From an uncultured bacterium (GTDB lineage Bacteria > Verrucomicrobiota > Kiritimatiellia > RFP12 > UBA1067): a stretch of 64,000 nt of DNA. A model generated the notes under the pieces. It saw only the letters and a program-made list of their open reading frames with translations. It made no database searches and was not told where the DNA came from. A program made the translations under genes and the position numbers. Of the stretch, positions 11,601 to 23,600 are shown piece by piece. Each line of letters starts with the position of its first letter. Within the stretch, counting starts at the first letter, position 1. The stretch is from positions 11,091 through 75,090 of the forward strand of contig CADCGZ010000001.1 in NCBI GenBank assembly GCA_902801025.1, in the 5' to 3' direction.

Positions 11601-14600
11601 CGAGCTCCAAGGGCTTCGTCGTCAGGGCCGAGGTGGTCACCACCACGCAATCGGTCGACCCGACGATGACCTGGGCCGAGTACTACACTCCCCACGAGAC
11701 GAAGATCTACGTCAACAACATTACGCCCGAGTTCGACTATGTCACGCCCGAGAACACGAACGCGTGGACCGTTGCCGGCGGCGCGGCCGATTCCTACCCG
11801 ATCAGCTGGGGAATCCGCAACGACGTCGACTACGACTTCACGACCGGCTGGGCCAACGGCGAAGGCCCCGGCATCAAGGTGTCGTTCAAGGGCTGCGACA
11901 ACGAGACGACCTTCTATGTCACCGACACTGACCCGTGGAGCGGCACGTTCATCCCGAACTTCGGCTCGCGCCAGAAGGATCAGACCGTCGTCCTGACGAT
12001 TCAGGACAAGGACGGCGGCATCCAGTCGTGGACGTACCTGTACTTCATAAGGCCGTCCAAGTTCCTGACGACGATACCGAACGGCCCGACGGGCTTCGGC
12101 AACAGCGACCTCTCGAAGAAATATTCGCGGACGGCCCTCAAGGGAGGCCGAGGCGAAGGCCATCTCTACGTGCCCGGCGCGACATTCTCGGACGGTACCG
12201 GCTGGCGCCAGAGGTGGAATTGCTCGTCGTCGGCTGCCGTCGACGTGTATGCGTGGGGCTACCACGTCGGGGCGTTCGACAACGGCTGGCTGAACAACGA
12301 GAGGGACATCGCTATCGACGAGGTCGGCGAGAGCACGGCGAAGGCCGCCGCCGCCGACGTAACCGCCGGCTACTACCCCTATCCAGACGCAGAGAAGGAC
12401 AGCTTCCTCTACGCCTGGCTCATCTCGACTCCGCAGACCGAGAGCGGCCCGCCCGAGTGGACACTTACGCTTGCGCCAGAACAGCCGAGCGCCAAGGCCG
12501 AGCCGGCGACGGCATACCTCCCTACCGCCACGACCGAGGACGAGTCGTACATACCTGTCTATGCGGAGGCGGTGTTCTCGAAGGAATGGTATCCCGAGGA
12601 CAACCTCGGCGACATCAACCAGGACGGCATACCCGACTACTTCGCGATCGCCACGTGGGGCAACGGCCTGTCGCTCATCACGACGATGACCGGCGCCGAG
12701 AACGCGGATGCCGACCTTACCGACATTGCTGCCGGCAACCCCGACGAGGACTACATCCCCGGCGTGTGGCAGGCGCAGGGCAAGCTCAACCTCGTCAACA
12801 AGGAGCTCGCGAGCTACGCGCCGATCGGCTATCCGCTCAACAACCGCCTTGAGCTCCGCGGCTTCCACTACGGCCTCAACGAGACGTCGTTGACCATGAG
12901 CGACGTGTGCTTCAGCACGGCCGAGACGAACGCGTACAAGGCGGCCTTCAAGGCGAAGAACAATGCTGACTGGACCGAAGCCGATGGCTTTGACCTCAAC
13001 TTCTGGTGCCCAGAGCCGCGCGGAAAGGGCGAGCAATACCGCATGGACCCGACGATGGACGACACCGACTCCGACGGCATGCCCGACGGCTGGGAGTACT
13101 TCTTCTGGTACCAGGCCAAGGTCTGGGCCCCCGCCAACGAAGGCCTCGGCAAGCCGAGGGACGGCCAGCTCTTCGTCTTCGAGCGCTTCAACCCGAATGA
13201 CATCGTCAGGGGCATCGAGATCCCCGCAGCGGAGGTGCTTGAGCGCTTCGACCCGTGCGTCGAGCTCGACATGACCGTCAAGGACTTCAACCCCGACTTC
13301 GACGGCGACGGCCTCACGGACTTGGAGGAGCTTGTCATCGGCACAAATCCCTGCCACTGGGATACCGACGGCGACCACATGTGCGACGGCTGGGAGGTTC
13401 TGCATTCGCTCGACCCGCTGAACGGCTCGAAGGTCGGCAACCCCGACGGCGACTTCATGGCGTACCTGAGTCTCCGTCTCTATATGGCCGCAGAGATACC
13501 GAACGCCGACCCCAACGCCCCCACCACATACGTGTTCGACCTTGGCCAGGAACTCCGCGAACCCCGCGATTACGAGACAAGGGAGATTGAGATGTATGCC
13601 ATGAAGAAGTACTACGATTCGAATGGCTTCTACATCCATACGGTCAGTCCAAAAGACGCCAACGGCGACGACAACTATCCGCTCTACTATTACCTCGACG
13701 CCGATGGCAATATGCGCTATACGGTCGACGAGAACGATCCCAACGCCGGCGCCAACACGATAATGCGCTATACGTCGATGGGCGCGATCACGGTCCGCGA
13801 CGTCCCGCTGACAGCGGCGCTGATCGCCCCGGAGAAGCTGGACGCCACCGGCGCCCCCTACCTCTACGGTCTTGAGACCGACGCTCCGCCAATTCCGATT
13901 CCCGCCGTCTGGCACTGGAGCTACCCGATGCTCGACCACAAGTATACCGACGCTGACGGCAATCTGGTGTTTAGGCGCGGCACGTACACGATCCCCGAGG
14001 GAACCCTGCTCGTCAACACTACCCACATCCTCATACACGACCAGGTTGAAGCGGCCTTCGGCTTCGATCCGCGCACGGGCTGGTACAGGAACGGAGCCGG
14101 CTATGTGGCCGACCGCTGGAACCCGCAGATCAACCTCGACCTTGCGCCGACCGACTCGACGGGCCTTGCGGTCAACACCGATCCGTACACGGACTACGAC
14201 GAATACCTCGTCATGCGCTACCGCCACGATTTCGGCATCAGGTACTATGACGACGGGAAGTACGACCCAGGCGACATCTGGGCGACGTTCCTCGCCTTCA
14301 CGACGAAGCCGAACATCGTGTACGCGAAGTCGGACATCGAGGCGATGCTGAACCAGACCAACGCCACGGAAAACGCGACGACGTACGACACGGAAACGTC
14401 GGCGAACCTTCTGGCGACCGCAAACATCTCCGAATACCTTGCAAATGCATTCGCCGAGGTCGGAAGCACGAAGAGCCCCGTCAAGGGCCATGGCGCCGAC
14501 ACCGACGGCGACGGCGTGCCTGACGGCTGGGAGCTCTACAAGGGCCGCAACCCGAACGCGGCGCCTTCCAGGCCGACGGCTGTCGGCAGAGACAGAGAGG

Positions 14601-17600
14601 GCTTTGGCGAGCCGTGGGACAAGGACGGGGACCTTCTCGGCTACACCGCCGAGTACGCGGGCACCGACTCCTGCAATGCCTACAAGGACTGCCCTTCGAT
14701 CTACAACAACCATCCCGGCCTCCACCCGGCGGGAGAGGGCTTCCAGCAGGGCTGGTTCAACAAGTTCTTCCCGACCGACCCGGACAATCCCGACACCGAC
14801 GGCGACGGAATCCTCGACGGCTATGAGGGCATGGCGTGGCGCGGAACGTGGTACAACGGCGGCAACTCCTACATTGTTGCGCCTACCGCGGCCGGCATGA
14901 CGTTCATCTACGGCAATCCGCAGGATTCCATCACCTGCTGCGTGCGCGGCGGCGGCATGAACCCGTGCACGGTTGACACCGATATCGACGGTCTCCCCGA
15001 CCCGTGGGAGATGCAGTACGCCGGCATCGCCGTCGACGCCTTGACGCGCAAGTACGTGGGGCCGGCTCCCAACTTCGACCCCGATATCGCCGAGGCGACG
15101 TTCACGTCCGACGGCCTCAATGCGGCGGGCTTCGCGCTCGCGAGCAACGTCGTCTACATCTGCGGCGGCATGGACGCGACATGGGGAGGCGACGGCTTTA
15201 CCGATCCGCTCATGAACGGCAATTCCACGGACGCGCTTCTCGGCACGGTGCGCGACGTCGACTTCGACCATGACGGTCTCCAGAACTACCAGGAGTATCT
15301 CGTCCAGCAGGTGCGCCACTTCCGCTACGACGACATCACGACCCCGCTCATGGGCCGCTATCTCGACGAGGGCGAGTACGATCTGATGAATCCCATGGGG
15401 CCGCTTCTCAGCAACCACGTCATCAACGAGGCACCGGCCTTCACGCCGATGATGCAGGATGCAGACCAGTTCGTCTTCACGGCAATCGGGAACTGGGGCG
15501 ACGGCGCTGTGGTCTCGATCGTCACCAACGCCATTGACAGCACGGTCACCATCAACGAGTTCACGGGTGCCGAAATGACCAATTTCGTCTACGAAGTGAT
15601 CACGAACGTAGTGCCCGGCAATACAGTCATCGCGAGAAAGTACTACGGCGACGGCTACAACTACATGTACTCGACGCCCTGGGTCGCTGCCGGCTGGCGC
15701 AAGAACGGCTACATGGCGTCGCCCATCCACTACTGGGACCGCATGATCACCTGCGCCGTGATACAGCCGAGCATCATGATGCCTCCTGCGGGCGTCTACG
15801 TCTCGACCGATCCTCGTCTCGCCGACACTGACGGCGACGGCATGGACGACTACTACGAGATGTTCCACGGCCTCAACCCGCTCCTTGGCTCGACCGGGGC
15901 AGGGGCCAAGGACATAATTGCCCTTGCCTGGGGTGCGCCCGCCTTCTACAACGCGTTCTGGAACGAGTGGACCCATCCCGACTTCAACCGCATCGTCGCG
16001 CTCATGGGCATGCCGGGCAGCATCGCCGATCCGACGCCGCTCCAGGCCGCCGCGGCCCTTGATCCGTTCCGCTATCCGTGGTCGATGGGCGCAGGCGAGG
16101 CCGATCCCGACGGCGACGGCCTCAGGAACGACTCCGAACGCGTCACGGCGAACCTGACGAGCCCGATGACGACTCACACCGACCCGACGCCGCTCTGGTT
16201 CACCGACACGAGTTCGCCCGCCAGCTATACGGCCCAGTACTACCAGAACACCATGCCGGTCACCGCCATGCCGTTCTGGCCGCTTTTGGTCGGCTTCGAC
16301 GATCCCTATTCGCCCCAGACGCCCGACGGCGGCTACGGCGGCTTCAGCTACCTCTATGCGTTCGAGGAGAACGAGGGCTACGACACCGACAATGACTGGA
16401 AGAGCGACGGCCACGAGATCATAACGACGACTCGTCCGGGAAGCGACCCGCTCGACTTCACGGACCCTGCGCGCCGTCAGGCGCTCTATCTCGACGGCAA
16501 CAGGTCGTGGGTGCAGTCGCGCGCCATGTTTATGCGCGACATCTTCGAGGGCAAGGAGCCGAGCGCGACGACGGTAGACTTCTTCAAGCAGTTCACCGTC
16601 GAGGCGTGGATCCGTCCCGAGAAGAAGGCAGCCCAGACGATACTCGACCGCTGCTCGCTCTACGGCTACGACGCCATCAACAAGAACGAGGCCGCGATTC
16701 GCTCGAACTTCCGCCTCGGGCTTACGGCTGACGGCAGGGTCTACGGCATGTTCGACAACGACGACGCCAGGGATTCCGGCGACAACGACACCGTCAGTAG
16801 CCAGACTGTCGACGGTCCCGAGGTGCCCCTCAACGAGTGGACCCACGTCGCAATGACCTACGACGGCAAGGCGCTTCTCCTCTACGTGAACGGCATCGAG
16901 CGCGGCCGCAAGCCGACGTCGCTGATTCCGGCCAACGGCGTCACCGTCATCATTCAGGACCCGACGTACACGAACGCCTTCACGCAGCTCTCCTACGAGG
17001 CGGTGCCCGGTGCGTTCTTCATCGGCGGCAGGCCGCTCCCGGCCGGCGACGGCGGCGCGGCGGCGTTCGACACGGCCACCATCACCTACGACGCCATGAA
17101 CGGCGACGAGTGGTTCAAGGGCTATGTCGACGAGGTCCGCATTTGGGACGGTGTGCGCACAGCGAGCGAGATTTCCGCGAACTACGCGAAAAAGATGACG
17201 AAGGCGGATGCCTCGGCGAATCGCGAAGAGGTCTACGCGCACCTTATGAGCCCGAACGCCGACGCGTCGCGCAACGACAACGACGGCAAGCTCAGGCTCA
17301 CGGCCGAGCTCGTCCAGCTCTACGACTTTACGACACTCCCGGGCGCGGTCAACGCCGCTGACGTCGCGACTAATCCGATGGGCTTCGACACGGCTGTCCG
17401 CGGGCAACTCGTCAGCAAACCAGCCGCCTTCAGCGAGAACATCGGCTGGTGGGACGCCTGCGCGACGAAGAGCACGGTATACACCGACTACGCCGTCATG
17501 CCGTGGATCGAGAACACCGTCCACCACCTCCCGGTCATGGACGGCAGCGTCGTCGACTCGTTCCTCTACTCCGACTATCTCGGCGGCTACACCACAACCG

Positions 17601-20600
17601 CGACGCAGCACGAGCTCTCCAAGTACGCGCTCAACAACTCGGCGATGCCGTATCCTTACCACAATTACTTCCTCGAGCGCTACCAGCGTCTCTTCAAGCT
17701 CAACCTGCTCGCCCAGACCGATCCCGAGAACTTCCTGCTCGAAGATCTCGTCTGCCGCTACGAGTACGAGATTCGCTCCGACTTCATCGGCACGGCCGAT
17801 CTCGTCCCGATGGGCGGCGCGTACTCGAAGACCTGCCCGGCCATGTGGGACGGCAACGGCGTCGCTGACGCCTGGGAATACACATCGGTCGACACGGACG
17901 CCGACGGACTTCCTGACTGGTGGGAGGACCTCTACGGTCTCGACCCGGCGGGCGGCTATGACTGGAACTCCATGGTCGACTGGAACGGCGCTCAGATGCC
18001 CGCCTACATCGCCTACACCGTCGACCTCGCGCTCGGCATGCAGCCCGATGGCGAGTACCATCCCGAATACGCCTCGACAGTTGACGCAGACGCCGACAAC
18101 ATCCCCGACTGGTGGGAGAACCTGTTCGGCGTCGCCGGATACGGCGCCGAGGACGACCCCGACAAGGACGGACTTCCGAACTACGCGGAATACCTCATCA
18201 GCTTCGGCCCGTATCCGTATGGCATCACGAACGGCTGGGCGTTCATCAGCCCGCTGAACGCCTATTCGACGAAGGCCGACCAGCGTGTGCCGGACTACTA
18301 TCTCCGTGCGCCCAAGGCGTTCGACGATGGCGGTCGCCACATCAATGCGAATGAATACTACGGCGAAATCGTCACTGACCATGACTTCATGGAAAGCTGG
18401 TGGGAGAACAGCTTCCCGCTCGCCTACGTAAACTCGCACGTCTACGATCCTGACAGGGATGTGGATGGCGACGGCTGGGACAACTGGAGCGAGAACCGCG
18501 CGGCAACATGGTACGGCACGCTGCTCTCCGACCTGATCACGAAGTATCTCTCTGACGACGTGTCGCTCAAGAACTACCCGCAGCCGGCGATCGGCATCAG
18601 GTTCACTTATCCTGAGGGCAACATCCAGGACATCTCCGGGAAGTCGGTCGTTGTCAGGACAATGACCGCTGGCCGTGCAAGGACAGATGCAACGTTTACC
18701 ATTGTGGCTCCAGAGGCGGCTGAGGTCGGCATGGCTGTATACACCGTAGGGGCATTTATTGATAATAGCACGCCAATACAAGGCTTCTTGCAACCGGGCA
18801 ATGTGGTTCCAACCTCTTGCTATGTTTACGGCTTGCATCTTTCAAAGGAAGGCGTCAGTTATTGGGGCATTCCGAGATCGATTTATAGGGAGGATGTCCA
18901 GTGGCGTGATGGCATAAGGGCGCCAAGTTCCTCTGGCACGTATATAGCTACGACAACATTGACCAGAGCCGATGGGACAGCTGTGGATTGCTGGTATTTC
19001 AGAGGAACTTTCCCAGATTATGTCGCAGACGTTCGTTCCTATGGGCGGGATAATGTTATCCTTGATAATCCAGCACTTGACTTTGAAATTGTTGGACGTG
19101 CGGTCAGCCGCGACGACGGGCGCATCGGAGACATAATAATTTCGAGCGCTCAGACCACCGATCAAAGCGTGTTTGGCAGCATCAATTTCATAACGGGTGA
19201 GTTCACTCTGAATCCGGCGCAGCTTGAGACGGCCGGACTTGAACCTGACGGAATGTTGGTGAAGTTCGAATACACTTATTCGATCAGCACCGAGTGGCCG
19301 CAAACGCTGTGGCTCAACAATCCTTCGTCCGGTCGCGTCAGACAGGGTCTCAACACCATTGAGGCGTGGATTGACCTCAATCTTGACGGAGTTTACACGC
19401 CTGGCGAGCCATACGGTGTCGTGCGCAATGTCAACGTTGGCTGGCACAAGACGGCCGAGACGGTAATTGAACTAAAGGACACCTCGACTGTAATTCCGCG
19501 TTATCTGCTTGCCGACGGCTCGAGCGACCGCGCGGTGGTCAAGGGCATCTCCAGCGGTGTGCTGCCCGCCGAGGCTGCCGCGGGCGGCGAAGGCGGCGGC
19601 GCGTCGATTGCTGCGGCCGGCCTGACGGCCGACGTCCTCGTACGTCGTGTCAGCCTGAACGGCCAGCCGAGGGTCGGCGACAAGACGGTGCCTGAGCGCG
19701 TGCTCGTCTCGAAGACGGTCGTCCTGGATGACCGCGCCTATCTGACGGAGGCCGACGTCCTCTCGGACGACAAGTTCGATCTCGACTGGAAGTGGCTCGC
19801 CAAGGACGCCGAGAAGCTCGGAATCACGGGTGTTGACCTCAAGACGGCCGAGTACGAGATATCCACCACCGCCACGTTGCCCGACGGCAGCTCGACGAAC
19901 ATCGCGTTGTCGACGTTCGTAAACACGTTCAACGCGCAGCGCGTCAAGCCGGCGCCCGTGTCGCCGACGCTTGTATCGCCTGTCTACAGCGCGGCGCCGA
20001 CTTTCACGTTCACGTCGCCCGACGACACGATGACGGCGTTCCGCCTGCAGGTTTCGACGTCTACGAACGCGGCCGACGTCGTCTACGACTCCGGCATCCG
20101 TACTCTGCCAGGCCGTGTCCCGACTGCGGTCGGTACCATCGGCTGCACGTTCACGCCGCAGCTGTATGTGAACGACTCCGTCGCGACGAACGGCGCCCCC
20201 GTCTTCGTGGACGGCAGCAACTATTTCTGGCGCGTGACGCTGATGAACGCCAAGTACAACTCGCCTGACGCGGGCTGGGGCGAATGGGCCGAGTTCCAGA
20301 TGGACGTCGCGAACGAGAACCGCTACCCGAAGCTGCCTACTGGCTACGGCAAGTGTGGCGCAGTTGTCCGCTACTTCGGCCCGGGCGAGGCGCCAGAGGG
20401 ACAGGTCGTCGTCGAAGTCCATAAGTCGGCCGACTTCGCCGGTCAGCCGCTCGCGCAGCTGCGCGCCGACGTGTCGCAGCTCGACGACATCGACGACATC
20501 GACACGGTCAACGCGGCGTTCATGGGCATCGAGCCCGGCGCCGTCTACCTGATGGCCTATATCGACGCGAACAACAACGGTCGCCGTGACGTGAACGAGT

Positions 20601-23600
20601 CGTGGGGCTATGCCAACTACATCGGCACCGCCCATCTGTCGATCTACACCCCGCGTGACGTAACGGTGACCGACGAGCTCTACCTGACTGGCGAGCCGCC
20701 GAAGGTCGTGATCTTCATCGAGGACACCGACATCAACCGCAACGAGATTCCCGACTGCCTTGAAGACGCGGACGTTAGCTCGTCCTCTGCCGCCTCCGGC
20801 GACACGGACCGCGACGGCCTTCTCGACGAGGAAGAGCCGAGCTACGCCACCGAGTCGACAATCTGGGATACCGACGGCGACGGCATGCCCGACGGATGGG
20901 AAGTCAAGTTCGCCGACCTCGACCCGAACTTCAACGACGCAGTCGAGGCGGCAGAAGGCGACGTGATGGCCTTTGTCAAGCAGGACTGCACGATCGTGAC
21001 GGTTAGGAACACCGACGGCTCCGATGCCGTCAACTACATCCTGAAGGAAGGCCAGTTGCCGCCTGTCAGGGGAGACTCCATCGACGGGTACTCGCTCTAC
21101 GTTCCGTACGACTACCCCGTCGTCACGAGCAACGGCGTCGAGAGCTGCTACGGACGCGGCGCCGAGGTGCAGCTCAAGGCGGCGGCCGGCACGACGAACC
21201 GCGTCATCGACGTCTCGTCTGGCAAGGTCGTGCTTGTCCACTGGCAGGTGTACGACGAGTTCGGCTTCAATCCTCGGACGGCGAACCCAGTCGCCTTCGC
21301 CAACGGAACCGCCGTCAACACCAAGGAGTTCACGGCGCTCGACAAGTATCTGGTCATCCGCTACCTCGAGGCGCTTGGGCTTTGTAGCGAGGACGAGGTC
21401 AATGTCAAGGGCCAGTGGGCGCAGTATTCGCTCAGGCCGTTCGACAGCGACAACGATCTCGACGGCATTGCGGACGGCTGGGAGCTCTACGTGATGTTCG
21501 GCCATGGCGGCGCTCAGGAACTTTCGATGGAGCCGAGCCCGAAGGTCATCAGCCCGTGGGTCTTCGACGACAGGTCGATGGATCACGACGGCGACAAGCT
21601 CGCGGACGTCCATGAGTACGACCGCGGCAACTACCCGACCGATCCCTGGGACGTGGACAGCGACGGAGACGGCGTAACCGACTACTTCGCCTGGAAGTAC
21701 CATCTCAAGGGCACCGACGGCGTCAAGGACTTCGACGGAGACGGCCTCTCCAACTACGTCGAGTATCTGCTCGCCGAAGTGTTCTCGATAGCCGAATTCT
21801 CGCCGGACGACGCCTTCAGCGTGAACCCGAACGTTTCCGACTACTTCTATCGCCTCAACGAGCTCTATGTCGGCGAGATCTTCACGGATCACGATCGCGT
21901 CTGGGACGTCTGGGAGTCTGGATACTTCGCCAAGGAGGACGATGTCTCGCCGTATGTCTATGACGAAATGCTCGATCCCGACGGCGACGGGTGGTCGAAC
22001 TACTCCGAGTTCCAGGCCGGCACTGCGCCGACGAAGCTTGGCTCTCTCAGCGTCGACGCGATCCAGATGGACGAGTACCCGGTGCCGACGATCGAGCTCA
22101 AGCTCTCCTACAACGGCAACCAGTCCGTCGGCGACAAGGCAGTCGTCGTCAAGGCGTGGAGCGACCCGAAGCTCGTGACCATTCCCGACGCCGTCTGGAC
22201 GCTTGGCGGGCAGGGCAACGTCTCGGTCACCGAGAACGGCAACTCCAACATAGTGACCGGCGTCAAGTACTTCGGCATGAACCCGATGCGCGAGATGCTC
22301 GTCCACCTCTCGCCCGGTAGCGTCGTCCCCGGATCGGTCAAGTTCGAGTTCAAGGATCTTGCCTGGGTGCTCTACAACGAGCTTACGGAGCAAGGCTACC
22401 TCAACGACCCGGTGACCGCTCTCTGGGAGGGCGGAATCATCGACCAGCAGCGCAACGACAACTCCGGACTTGGCGACATCGTCAGCCAGGACGAAACGAC
22501 CAAGTCGCTCGGCACTATTGACTACGCGACGGGCGAGATGAAGGTAGACTTCGCCGCGTTCTCGGAATACTTCGCCATCGTCGGCGACATTTCCGGGCGA
22601 GTCACGGGCAACGGCTGGCTCTCGATCTACAACCTGCAGAAGAGCTATGTCCGCGTCAACTGGCAGTCGAAGCTGATAGCCGGCAGCACGGTCACGACGT
22701 ACTACCTCTCCGAGGCCGACAAGCGTTCTGCCTCCAACAACTCGCTTGGCCACGTCAAGGAGGGTCTGAACACGTTTGTCGCGTTCTACGATCTCGACGG
22801 CGACGGCATGTACACGGCGGGTGAGCCGTACGGCTGCGCGGTCGGCGTCGACGTTGGCTGGAACTATGCCCGCGCCGAGATCGAACTGACCGACACGCAT
22901 CCGGTCTCTGCCCGTATCTGCTGCATCACAGGCGCGGCCGGCGGCGCCGCGGCGGCCGGCTCGACAGGCGGCGGATCTTCCGACAGCACGCTCGGCCAAA
23001 GCGACCGTAAAGTCCTCTGGGGAACCGAGCATGGCGACATTCCCCCGGAGATGCTTCTCGTGAGCCAGGAAACCGGTGGCAAGTATATGCACATCCGCGT
23101 CGTCCGTACGCTGATCGACGGCAAGGACTGCACGCTGTACAACGTGCCCGCAAGGGTCGTCCTCGACAAGGAGTATCTCAGCGTCGACAGCGTACGCTAC
23201 CTCACCGAGGCCGACTTCCTTGCGAACGGAGCGCTTGACATCGACTGGCAGGACCTTGCCAACGACCTCAGCAAGGCCAACGTCAACGGCCTCGCGATTT
23301 CGAACGTGACCTATCGCATTGTCATGGGCGAAGGCGACGTCTCGAACTCCGCGACGAACAACTGCGTCGGCGCGTTCAATCGCTGGTTCGACTCGCTGTC
23401 CGTCTACAATGCCTCGAAGCCGATCCTCCTTGACGACGACCAAATGATTACCGCCGTCTCGCCGACGTTCAAGTGGGCGATTCCGAACGGGCTTGGCACC
23501 TATACGGCGTTCCGCATCGAGATTACCGGCGATGGCTTTGCCTGGGATTCCGGGTTCCAGAGGATGCCGCCGCGCATCATGGATCCAGGCAAGGACTACA

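Noticed and set aside
8021-18838. 3605-aa ORF on the minus strand
   Set aside because: It is antisense to the 5372-aa + strand gene, which has a signal peptide and recognisable TSP3/LamG modules. The translation is Arg/Val/Ala/Asp/Gly-rich low complexity with no motifs. This is the typical stop-free antisense frame of GC3-rich coding DNA.
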